Below are positions 49,501-61,224 of a stretch of DNA of 64,000 nt, one piece after another. The notes beneath the pieces were generated by a model. It searched no databases. It was not told where the DNA came from and saw only the letters and a list, made by a program, of their open reading frames with translations. How positions within the stretch are numbered: position 1 is the stretch's first letter; every line of letters begins with the position of its first letter. Source of the DNA: Torpedo marmorata (lineage: Eukaryota); NCBI GenBank assembly GCA_977017645.1, contig OZ360222.1:216566001-216630000 (forward strand), given 5' to 3'. Made by a program: the position numbers and the translations under genes.

Positions 49501-51109
49501 CGGGGTAAGATCAAAAATAACAAGATCATGAGGTGGAGAATAGAACTCTCCACCTACAATTACGACATCCTTTACCGGCCCGGGAAGCTCAATGAGCCCT
49601 CCGACGCTCTATCCCGGGGATCATGCGCCAGCGCGCAGATCGACCGATTACATGCCCTACACGATGCCCTCTGCCACCCGGGAATTACCAGGCTCTTTCA
49701 CTTCGTGAAGTCACAGAACCTGCCATACTCCCTGGAAGAGGTCAAGACAATGATCAGCAGTTGCCGGGTTTGCGCGGAGTGCAAACCCCAGTTCTACCGC
49801 CCCGACAAGGCACGGCTGATCAAAGCCACCCGCCCTTTTGAACGTCTCAGTATTGACTTCAAGGGCCCCCTTCCCTCCACGAACCGCAACGTGTACTTCC
49901 TGAATATTATTGATGAGTACTCGCGGTTCCCCTTTGCCATCCCCTGCCCCGACACTTCGGCTACCTCAACCATAAAAGCTCTCCACCAGGTATTTACGCT
50001 GTTTGGCTTCCCAAACTATATACATAGCGACCGGGGAGCAGCTTTTATGAGTGAGGAGCTGCGACGGTACCTGCAGGCCCGAGGCATCGCCACTAGCAGG
50101 ACCACCGGGTACAACCCCCGGGGAAATGGACAGGTGGAAAGGGAGAACGCCACTGTCTGGAAGGCCGCGCTCCTGGCTCTCAAGTCCAGGGGACTGCCGG
50201 TCTCCCGTTGGCAGGACGTCCTCCCCGAAGCCATCCACTCTATCCGGTCCCTGCTGTGCACGTCCACTAACGCAACCCCTCATGAACGACTTTTCTCCTT
50301 CCCCAGGAAGTCGACCACCAGAACCGCCCTACCTGCCTGGCTGACGTCCCCGGGACCAGTGCTGCTCCGCAATCACCTTCGGAGCAGCAAATATGAGCCG
50401 ACGGTCCAGAGGGTGCAGTTGGCGCACGCAAATCCACAGTAAGCATACGTGGTCTTCCCTGATGGACGAGAGGACACTGTCTCGATTCGTGACCTGGCGC
50501 CCGCTGGGGCACCGGAAGAAAATCCCGACGGGCAAGACCACCTGCTGCAACCCCTCCCCAATTCCCCATCCAGCGCGCCAGACCCAGCACCCTCGCCGGG
50601 ACCACAGACACACCAAGAAGCCAGGCAGGAGGTGACTGCACAGACAATCCTACCATCTCCCCCATCACCACAACCCGCCCCGTCACAAGGACTACGCAGG
50701 TCACAGCGGCAAATTCGACCGCCGGATCGCCTTGATCTGTGAAAGTGCATGTATATATACGTTTCTGTATAATTGTCACTGTATATCTGCTTCTGTAATA
50801 TAGTTAGAGTGGTCACGTCACCCCGCTGGACTCTTTTTTTAAAAAGGAGGGGTGAATGTGGTAAACCACTGTTTTAGTATTGTGTGGTATAGGTATGTAC
50901 TGCAGGCTGTCCCGATGTCTACTCCCCCCCTCCCTTGGGTGTCCAGGTAATCCCTCCCCCTTCCTCACCTGAATAAAGGCCACTGTGCCACAGTCCCTCC
51001 CTAAGTCCGGGATTAGATCTGCAGGAATACTGCTGCTGTGTTTTAAGGTAATAAAAGCCTATGGTTCGTTCACACTCATAGTCTTTGAGTATCATTGATA
51101 GGCCTATCA
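46593..51109 (+). mobile_element. Young full-length Gypsy LTR retrotransposon
   Basis: 253-bp LTRs 46593-46845 and 50857-51109 (TG...CA, one difference seen), TSD ACTTG, polypurine tract AAAAAGGAGGGGTGAA. Confidence 0.97.
46870..50742 (+). pseudogene. Single-frame gag-pol with two in-frame stops (48691-48693, 50440-50442)
   Basis: The three ORF-track pieces share one frame; CCHC knuckle, LFDTGS, YLDD, ESDAS, H..LCHPG...CRVC, DDE core. Confidence 0.93.
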
Positions 51110-51953
51110 ACTTGCTTGTATTTCGTCCTGCAGGTCATATGTTGTCTTCATACTTACCTCTTTCACCACTTCGAATTGTACATCCTTTGCATCTTCAGCC
51201 TCTTCATTTTCTTCATCCTCTTCATTTGGTGACAAAATTTCAGCCATTTCCACGTTATCTTCTTGTTCATCTAACGAAGCTAATCTTGCGATGAGAACCT
51301 TTTTATTTCCACTTATATCTTGTTTCAGTCGCTTCAATTCTTTTTTAATATCCGCAACCTTCATGTCTTCAATACGTTGGTCCTTAACAGCAACATCAGC
51401 GGTTGCTGCGTCAGCTGCTAATACATCAGTGGCTTCTGCATCAGAGGCTGCTGCGGCCATTTTACTCATCTTGTTCCACTGTCCTTTGAGCATACACAAC
51501 ACTAGCCAAATCAACAGTCCCCAATGGACTAGCGGCAGCAAATCCAATCTGTGTTCTAACTTGCCAAAGATACACAGAAGGAGTCCACAGACTTATGCCT
51601 ACCACTTCAGATGACTGTAACGTGCTGCTATTCACAAACGAGTTTCAACCACAACATCTGTCAATAATATGGCTGATTTTCCAAAAGTGGTTTCTCCAAC
51701 GTATTTGTAGTACACTTTACTATAAGATTTGAAGCTTTAAATCCCTCTCTGGCTGTTACACATGGCAGATGGATGTGGATACAAACTGCCCCCAACTCGA
51801 GGCATCTCCAAGATGGCCACCATTTTATTTTAAATATCAGTCCAAAGCACAGAGAGCTTATTCTATCTTCTTTCCTTCAATTTTCTGTTCGAAACAACCT
51901 CTTTTATTGACTAATTATATAGTGACTTCAATCCAACAAATAGTCACTTGGAG

Positions 51954-53582
51954 TAAAAAACACAAATGCTGGAGAAACTCAGCAGGTCAAACAGCGTCTT
52001 TTATGTAGCAAAGGTAGAAATACATAACCGACGTTTTGTGCTTGAGCCCTTCATCAAAGTATGAGAAAATGCCGGCAGGCGTCCGAACAAAAGAGTGAGG
52101 GGGGAAGGGGGGTGGCAAAGGCAGGAGATGATAGGTGGAGATAGGAGGGAGGGGACAGCAGCAAAGAGGGGGAGGAGGGATGGCTGGGTAGGTGGAGAAA
52201 AGCAGGAAGGACAGGTGAGGGGGGAGGGGAAGGGAACGACAAGCAGAAAAGTCAATGTTAATGCCATCTGGCTGGAGAGTGCCGAGACGGAAAATGAGAT
52301 GTTATTCCTGCAATTTGCGGGTAGTCTGGGTAGGATAGTACATAAGGCCATGGACAGACATGTGAGTGTGGGAGTGTGACCCGGAATTGAATGGTTGGCT
52401 ACTGGGAGGTCGCTGTTGTTGCGGACGGAGAGGAGGTGCTCAGCAAAGCGGTCTCCCAATCTACGACCAGTCTCTCCGATGTAGAGAAAGCCACAAAGGG
52501 AGCACCGGATGCAGTAAATAAGTTCTCTAGATGTACAAGTGAAGTGTAGTTTCACTGGAAGGCCTGTTTGGGGCCCTGGACCGTGGTGAGGGGGGAGGTG
52601 TGGGCGCAGGTGTTGCACCTCCTGCGGGCACATGGGAAGGTTCCGGGGGTGCGATGGGTGGGGAGGGATGAGTGCACGAGTGAATCGCGGAGGGAAGGCC
52701 GAGAGGGGAGGAGAAGTAAAAATGTGTCTGGTGGTGGGATCCTGTAGTAAGTGCCGGAAATTCTGGCGGATAATGTGTTGGATGCGGAGGCTGGTGGGGT
52801 AGTAGGTGAGGATGAGGGGGATTCTATGTTTGTTGCGTCTGGGGGCAGAGGGGGCCAGAGCAGATGAGCAGGAAATTGATGAGATGCGGGTGAGGGCTGA
52901 GTTGATGGTGGTGGAGGGGAAGCCATGTTTGTGGAAAAAGGCAGACATTTCAGAAGATCTGGACTGGAACACCTCATCTTGGGAACAGATGCGGCGGAGA
53001 CGGAGAAATTGAGAGAAGGGGATGGCATCCTTGCAGGGGACAGGGTGTGAGGAAGTGTAGTCCAGATAGTTGTGGGAGTTGGAGGGTTTGTAGTAAATGT
53101 CGGTGGAAAGCTTGTCTCCTGACATGGAGACAGAGAGATCCAGGAAGGGGAGAGTGTTATCGGAGATGGACCAGGTGAGTTTGAGATCGTGGTGGAAGTT
53201 GGATGCGAAGTGGATGAAGTTGACAAGCTCATCGCGGGTGCATGAGGCAGCCCCGATGTAGTGCTCCACAAAGCCCACAAACAGGCAGGCGTAGCTGGGA
53301 CCTATGCGGGTACCCATGGCTAGTCCTTTGATTTGGAGGAAGTGGGATGAGTTGAAGGAGAAGTTATTGAGAGTGAGGACAAGTTCTGCCAGGCGGAGGA
53401 GGGTGGTGGTAGAGGGTCACTGGTCGGGTCTTTGGTCCAGGAAGAAGCGAAGTGCTTTCAGACCTGCTGTGTGGGGGATAGAGGTATAAAGGGATTGGAC
53501 ATCCATGGTGAAGATGATGCGGTCCGGTTCAGGGAATCTGAAGTCATTGAGGAGATGGAGGGCATGTGAGGTGTCGCGGATG
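51954..53582 (-). mobile_element. Penelope-like element inserted in the BEL 5' LTR
   Basis: AMGTRIGPSYACLFVG (RT), LPFLD, IYCIRC..YIGETGRRLGDRFAEH (GIY-YIG); 13-bp TSD TAGTCACTTGGAG at 51941-51953 and 53583-53595; empty site visible in the other LTR. Confidence 0.93.
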
Positions 53583-53735
53583 TAGTCACTTGGAGGCTAG
53601 GTGAGACACTTGTTCTTGACACGTTTCAATTAATTTACTACCAAGTCCAATATGTTCAAAAAACTTTATTTACACACGTGACTTGCAGCAATCTTCAATG
53701 ACTTAAATATCTTCTTTAAACGAAACATAAATAAT

Positions 53736-54584
53736 AGGCATGATGGCGGCGCTGCCGGAGCCGCTGTAGCGGCCGCGCTGCCGCTGGTGCGGACCCCGGG
53801 GAGCGTGGGAGCGGAGATACAGCGCTCCCGCGGGGTCCAGCCGCCCAGTCGACTGCCATCGGTTCCGCACGGGCTTTGAACGGCCCGTTAAAGGAGCCGA
53901 CGTTGGTTTTATTTGAGATCCCGCGACCGCGGGGTCTGCGCCCAAGATGGCAGCGCCTATTAATCTGCAGCAGCCATGAGGGGCTGCAGACTCCGGGGAA
54001 GCGGAGACCTGGAGCATGGCACCAGTGGACGGGAAGATCACCCCCGTCTGAGAAGGAGAAGCGGAGGAGACGACCTACGGATCGGTGAGCACAGCGGCGG
54101 ACCGGTGAGGGGCTCTGAGGCTGAAAGACCAGTGCATGCGGCGGGCTGCTGGCGACTCAAGGCGAGGAACCCGCGGAGGCTGTGGGCTGCTGGAGACTGC
54201 TGTCGGCGGACTCACGCCGGGCTGCGGACTGCTGGAGGTTGGCTCGAACTGGCTGGAGGAGTACCAGGTATCGGAACCGGGATGTGAGGGGGTGCCGAGG
54301 GCGACCTGACCATGTTGGAGGTTCGGATCTGGATCTCGGGATGACGATCGTTTGGACTGGACTCTGTGTGGCTGCGGAGGCTGCGGAAGCGCTGGAGGCG
54401 AATCTATGCACACTCGGTGACTCTGGGGAGACTCTCTTTTGCTTCTCTTTCTCTGACTGTAAGGAATGTTAGAGGCACTTAGGCAATTTCTGTCGGTGGC
54501 GAATCTGTCTGCCTTGCAGCAGGCAAAAAGAAATTTCGTGGTATATGACACTGTCTTATTGCTGTGACAATAAAATGAATCTTG
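53736..54584 (+). mobile_element. GC-rich non-autonomous retroposon, copy 3, in the BEL 5' LTR
   Basis: TSD AATAAT at 53730-53735 and 54585-54590; empty site at ~38905-38920; tail AATAAAATGAATCTTG. Confidence 0.9.
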
Positions 54585-57500
54585 AATAATTCTTGATAAC
54601 GATGTCCAATAAATTCCTTTCAACGATTCCTTTGACTGTATTTAAATGTTGAATGAAATGACTTTAAAGACTTTAAACCATCAATGAAACGTTCAATAAA
54701 AGATATGGCGATTTCACTCACCCTCCTCTAAGCCGCCATCTTTTTCTATTCTTTTTCCCGATTCGCGCATGCTCAATGCGCATACTCCACCGCGCATACT
54801 GCCGTAACTTCCCAACTGCGCAAGCGCCCGTCGGAACTCTAGCGCATGCACAGAGTACTAAATAGGCCTAGCACGGCCTAACAAACACCGCGACTCCTCC
54901 GTAACCTGCCGATACCATCGGAGCGCCGCGGCCAAGGTAAGTAATTAAATAATTACAGCGGCTTTGTTTTTGGGAGGCCGCCGCCTGTGACGTGGAATAG
55001 GATAGGTGACTGTTTGGCATGGGTCTAGGTGCGCTGGCTTGAGTCGGTCAACCGTGACCGTTTCCTCTCTGCCGCCAATATCTATGACACAGGTGGAGCC
55101 GTTGTGCTTGAGTACCCCGTACGGTCCTTCGTACAGTCATTGGAGTGGTGGCTGATGTGCTTCACGCCTTACAAACACGTGCTTGCAGTCCTTCAAGTTC
55201 CTTGGAACAAAAGTTTTGGGCTGGCCGTGTGCCCTGAGTTGTGCCGGGCCCAGCGTACCCAGTCGTTGCCGCAGACGAGTCAGTGTTACCGCTGGAGTCT
55301 CTTCCGTGTTCCCGGCGTCGGCCAGGAATTCACCCGGGATGACCAGTGGTGCGCCATAGACCATCTCCGCTGCAGACACGTCAAAATCCTCTTTGGGCGC
55401 AATGCGGATGCCCAGGAGGACCCAAGGAAGTTCGTCGGCCCAGTGAGGTCCTGTGAGCCAGGCCATGAGGGCTGCCTTGAGGTGCCTGTGGAGCCTCTCC
55501 ACCAACCCGTTGGCCTGAGGGTGTTATGCCGTGGTATGGTGGAGTTGCGTTCCCAGGGTGTTGGCCAAGGCCACTCAAAGGCTGGAGGTAAACTGGGCAC
55601 CTCTGTCTGATGCAAGGTGCTCAGGGACTCCAAACCGTGCCACCCAGGTGCTTAGCAGGGCTCTAGCACACGACTCTGTGGATGTTTCCACTAGTGGGAC
55701 TGCTTCCTGCCACCTGGTCAGACGATCCATCATCGTCAAGAGGTATCGGGCACCTCTTGATACCGACAGTGGGCCTACGATGTCTATATGCACATGGCTG
55801 AACCTCCGGGGAGGGGCTTTAATGTGCATCTGCACCTTTGATGCCTGACAATGCGTGCAGGTCCTGTCCCACTGACTGACCTCTTTACGGAGACCGTGCC
55901 ATACGTATCGGCTGGCCACCATCTTAACTGTGGTTCTGATAGCTGGGTGCGCCAGGTTGTGGACTGTGTTGAAAACCCGTTTCCTCCATGATGCGGGTAT
56001 GATGGGTCTAGGCGTACCGATGGAGGTGTCGCACAGAAGCGTCTGTTTTCCTGGGCCGATGCGTACGTCCTCTAGGCGGAGACCGGTTATCGCCGTCCGG
56101 TATGTCGGGGTCTGCTCGTTGTGCCTCAGCCAGGGCTGTGTAGTCGATACCTGGGGCGAGGGCGTGTATTGCCAGTATGGCTGGCCGTGATAGTGCGTCG
56201 GCCACCACATTCGACTTCCCGGCAATGTGTGTGATGTCCGTGGAGAACTCAGACACATAGGACAGGTGCCTTTGTTGCCTGGCTGACCATGGGTCTGACA
56301 CCTTGCCGAAAGCAAAGGTGAGCGGCTTGTGGTCCGTGAATATTTTGAACCTCCTGCCCTCCAGGAAGTATCGGAAATGCCGGACCGCCAGGTATAGAGC
56401 TAAAAGCTCCCGATCAAATGCACTGTACTTGAGCTCCAGTGGGCGGAGGTGCTTACTGGAAAAGGCTAGCGGCTGCCATTGTCCAGTGACCAGCTGCTCA
56501 AATACTCCCCCGACCGCTGTGTTGGAGGCGTCCACAGTGAGGGCTGTCGGGACGTCTGTCCTTGGATGCACCAAGAGGGTGGCATTTGCCAGGGCGTCTT
56601 TGGCTGTTTGGAAAGCCTCTGATGCTTCCTGCGTCCACTCGATCTCCCTCTTTGGGCCTGTCATGAGGGAGAATAAGGGCTGCATGATGTCAGCTGCTGT
56701 CGGTATGAAACGGTGATAAAAGTTAATCATACCGATGAACTCCTGCAGGTCCTTTACTGTTGCGGGCTTTATGAATGACCGGATGGCCTCCACCTTCTCG
56801 GGCAGCGGCCTGGCCCCATCCTTGTTAATACGATGCCCCAGGAAATCAATGGACTCTCGCCCGAACTGGCATTTGGCGGGGTTGATTATTAAACCGAAAT
56901 CCTTCAGACTGGTGCACACTTGTCTTATGTGGATGGCATGTTCAGCGCGGTTGCGGCTGGCTATCAATATGTCACCCAAATAGATGAAGGTGAATTTGAG
57001 ATCCCGCCCTACTGCGTTCATCAACCTCTGGAAAGTTTGAGCTGCAGGCCGAATGGCATTCGAAGAAACTCAAACAGACCAAAGGGGGTGATTATGTCTT
57101 CCGGTTGGACTGGGATCTGGTGATAGCCTTTGACGAGGTCCACCTTCAAGAATATCCGTGCCCCTTGTAGGTTGGCAGTGAAGTCCTGGATATGGGGCAC
57201 CGGATATCTGTCCGGCGTGGTGGCCTCGTTGAGACGGCAGTAATCCCCGCATGGCCTCCAGCCCCCTGCTGCCTTGGGCACCATGTGGAGTGGGGAGGCC
57301 CAGGGGCTGTTGGAACGCCGCACGATACCGAGCTCTTCCATTTTCCGAAACTCCTCCTTGGCGAGGTTGAGTTTCTCGGGGGGAAGGCGGCGCGCCCTGG
57401 CGTGAAGGGGAGGTCCCGTCGTCAGGATATGGTGCTTAACCCCGTGCCTAGGTTCTGCTGAGGAGATATGTGGCATTGCGATGGCAGGGAATTCAGTCAC

Positions 57501-60500
57501 AATCCGCGCCAACTCGTCGACGGCTGTTACCGAGTGCAAGCGGGGGGGGCAGTGAGCTCAGTTCCACCCAGGGAAAGAGTCTGAAAAGTTGTGGCGTGCA
57601 CCAGTCTCCGCCCCTTAATATCCACTAATAGGGAATTGGCCCTCAGGAAATCCGCACCCAGAAGCGGCTGCCGCACGGCCGCCAACATGAATTTCCAAGT
57701 GAAATGGTTGTCCTCAAAACGGAGGGGGATGGTGCGGGTGCCGAAGGTACGAATATCTGAATTATTGGCCGCTCTCAGGCCCTGTCCAACCCTGCTGCTG
57801 CGGACGTCGGAGCTGGAAAAGGGAAAACCGCTGCTTTCGGCCCCGGTGTCGACCAGGAACCGGCGGCCCGACAGGGAATCCTGTACATGGAGGAGGTTGT
57901 GATGTAGGCCGACCGTCGCAACCATCAACGACAGCCGGCTCTGGTGTTTCCCTGGAACGCACAGGGGGAACGGCATCGACGGGCCTCGGAACCCAACCGT
58001 TGGTGATAGAAACAGTACTCCTCACTGGTGGGCTCCGTCGGTCGGTGGGTCATCTGTTCGGAAAGCCACTAGGTTGTTCGCCGCGGACAAGGCGTGGTTA
58101 CCTGTGCCATCATTGCGCAGGCGTCCTTCTTCGCCGCCCAGAGCATGTCTGCTTGGGCAGCTACCTTCCTGGGGTCGCCGAAATCCTCCTTCATGAGGGC
58201 AGAAGGGGCCCTGTCCCCCAAACCGTCCATATGCAGCAATCAGGCCGCCCGCTCGCACCTCGAGAGCCCAAAAGTGCAGGTCAGCAGCTCCTTGATGGCC
58301 ACTTACCTCCCTTGCTCTGGAGGACGCCGCAGGAAGTCGATAATCCCAGCCGCCGTCTCCTGCTCAAGGGCGCTTACCACGTGTCATCGGAGATCCGTCG
58401 AAGGGTGAACTGTGCCTCGGCGTGTTCGAACCACACCAGTGGTTGCGATGTCCAGAAGCTCGGTAGCTTCAATGAAAGTGCATTGATTATAGGCTGTTCC
58501 ATCTTCAGGTCCAAATCGCCGTTTGGACCAGTCGGGGTCACCACTGTAGCACTGTACCACTGTAGCGCGTCGCTACGGTTATAGCTGTGCGCGTTGATTT
58601 GGCTATAGCTCTGGTGCTCGAGAGGAGATGTGCACCCTTTGAGCGTTGAGTCAGAACTGCTCTACTCGGCCGTCGGCTCTGCCTTTTATAGGCGGGCCGA
58701 GCCAGGCTGCCGCGTCACTGATGGACGTGGCTTGCGATGCGACGACCAGGATTGGTCGGGCCACGATCTGTCATTGGGGATTGGCCTGTTTCCCTCCTTG
58801 CTGTTGCGGCCTATGGAAACAGGCCGTTTGGATCACGTGCCGCCTGCGTGATCGCCGCATTCGAACATCACTTCCTGTGTCGGCCTGCGGAGTCGGCATT
58901 GTAAGAGTGAATCTCAAGCAACCAGAAAACTTGCTTATCCGGAATCTACCAATCCCTGTAGGTGCTGGATACCAGGAGTTTTACTGTAGTTCTTATTTTA
59001 AAAATAAGCACAGTAATATTTGTCATGCTAGTTTGTTACAGGCTTTGTTACAGACTAGGCCTTATTCCCTGGAATCATTACACATCAGAAAGTTCCACTT
59101 TTACACTAGATCTTTTGTACCACTGATTCCAGCTAATTTAAGAGTGATTTGAATAGAGAACTATAATATAATGTAATATAATAGCAAAATATTTGATGTT
59201 AGAGCCAGTTGTTGATTCAGTAGAAAGATGTATAAACATGGCCTCCTCAGCAGAGAAGCTTAATTTCTCCATGTATAGATGGGTGATTTGCATCACTCTC
59301 TTTGCCCTTGTTAAAGATGTGGAGACTTTCTATATCTCATTGTTACCATGCAACATTATTAAAAACTATTTTCCATCACTGCTGTTAGAGCAGATAATTA
59401 GCATGAATAAAGACTCAATGCACTGAAGTGTACAGTTCTTTTTTGGCGCACACCATTGGAGGACATTGCAGACCAGGGAGGTAACAGGAGCCTACTCTTA
59501 AGATCTGGAGAAATGCACGTAAATGGGTTGTGTTTAATTCACTTTTTTTTAACAATTGTCTGTGCCATTCTTGTCATCTACAATACCGTTAATGTGAGAA
59601 GGTAACAAGTTTCAGGTCACAAAGCAATGTTTCCACTTTAGAAGAGTGCCCTTCCACTCGTTAGACTAATTTCAGAAAATTCTTTAGATACAAGTAACAT
59701 TTTCTAACAATGTATCGTAATTGTAGCGCATATACTAAGTGGCAAACATGGAAAAATAGGTGACTGATTCTGTAATTTCCAAAACTATCTCCCATCAGTG
59801 TTGTGTTATTTTTGGGTCCATGGCAGGCTAATTGATAGATATTAATTAGTTAATAGATGCTACTTAGTTGGTAGAAAGTTAACTGGATGGCCTCTTGACT
59901 TGTTTCTCGCAATTGCTATGACTGTTTTTTGTTTTGACCATTTACGGGAAAGAATTGTTGTTGACTAATCCATCTTTTATTGCCATGCCTAATTACCTGC
60001 AAGAAGATGGTGGTGAGCTGGTTTCTTTGAATAGTAGCCAAGTTTATGCAGTATGCCATAATTTAACTCCTTCATCCCTGATATAATTCTGACATGCCAA
60101 ACTGATATATCTCTAGCTTGTTGAATACTCCCTCATTCTTATATTCTGTGTTATTTTAAGATGCAGATGGTGGAAAGGCTTTGCAATGAGTGTATTGGCG
60201 TTTCCACTGGATATTTCACTGTTTCAAATCACAATGGGGCTACTGGTTCCACAGTCAATGGATCATAAATGATAGTGCATTTCACACATCTACTCATCTG
60301 ACTACCTTTCCAAGAATGTATAGCAATTTCCGAACATGGCTTGATTATAGCTACCTTTCCTCCTCCTCGTTCCTACCAATGTTCTTTTGAATTCTCTCAG
60401 CATTTTTTTGTTGATCCACTTTTTAATTTTATTGACTTATTCCTTGTTTTATTTCATAAATGTTTCATTTTTTTAATCTTCTTTCATTGACTAGGGATGT

Positions 60501-61224
60501 AAATCATTGGTTATAGGTTGATGTTTCATCAACATGGTACAAATGTAAAATTTGAAAAGCTGAGCATAAAACCCCAAATAATATTTAAATCAAACATTCC
60601 AACACAGCAATTTCTCGAAGACCAATCTGGAATCAAAATGCCCTCTATGAGATTATGTGTGGGAAAACTTTGGTGAGTGTGTACAAAGCTTAGCGTGAAT
60701 TAAACTTGAGGCCCATGAGATGTGCATAAATGACTTTCCTCTATATATGTAATGGAAGAAGTTCCTAGGTTCATATATGATGCCTGCTGCTATGCTGACC
60801 AGTGGGCTTGTGACAACAGGGTGGAAGCTGCATTTGTGGAACTGCAATTGAATTCTTAGAAGGAGGAAGGATACAGGGCTGGATTTGTGTTATCCATGTC
60901 TGTCTCAGTCCTGCTCAAATACTGAAAGATTCCTTATTTTAAATAAGAGTACTGACTTATTATGATAACATAATCAATTGTTACTCATATCAGTGGTTCT
61001 TTTGGCACCAGGATGATGGTGATATTTCAACTGCATGGTTTTTTTTTCTGAGAAATCAGTGAACATTGAATCTTGATTGTTCAGTTTCTGCTATTTAGTC
61101 TCCTGCTGTGTCCATGTAGTCTCAAATCCTATATATTCCTTTAATATTCCCTTAGCTCCATGGGTATATTTCTAGCATTTGGAATATCCGCTGTGTGTTT
61201 GAGTACATGAAGACTCAGTTTATT

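Larger units (their letters stand above)
43616..51469 (-). pseudogene. BEL gag-protease, frameshifted and split by a Gypsy; SAP-like N-terminus
   Basis: ATG at 51469; removing the Gypsy joins EIQAS to DSVSNAESRRS; coiled-coil repeat, gag core 45340-45915, knuckles 44860-45040, protease about 44250-44720. Confidence 0.85.
34663..54957 (-). mobile_element. BEL/Pao LTR element lacking the RT/RNase H/integrase core, with five nested insertions
   Basis: 5-bp TSD GCGGC at 34658-34662 and 54958-54962; LTRs 34663-39359 and ~51918-54957, both interrupted; tract TAGGGGCCGG; gag FDGDPLQY, zinc knuckles, protease AFLDPGS, integrase C-terminal remnant GDFVII..PRNSW..GLVRQV..RPINKVCLLL at ~39575-39750. 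Confidence 0.92.
34287..58900 (-). mobile_element. Gypsy LTR retrotransposon (decayed), host of the BEL insertion
   Basis: LTRs 34287-34626 (TGTAGC...GCTACA) and 58561 to ~58900 (outer end lost); PBS TGGTGACCCCGAC at 58543-58531; gag LKLPSFW, protease FLVDTGA, RT, RNase H and integrase in 54963-58500; polypurine tract about 34627-34640. Confidence 0.93.
33140..58986. mobile_element. Tigger/pogo-like MITE whose arms (33140 to ~33487 and ~58903-58986) are separated by ~25 kb of nested elements
   Basis: TA-CAGTACAATTCCTGTTATCC on the left; reverse complement of the right end TA-CAGTAAAACTCCTGGTATCC; TCAAGCAACC and TTATCCGGAA subrepeats in both arms. Confidence 0.75.

Noticed and set aside
59000-61190. 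Additional ccdc62 exons in unique-looking intron sequence
   Set aside because: Exon 32447-32535 joins 61827 in phase with collinear CCDC62 homology, and no convincing extra exon was seen.
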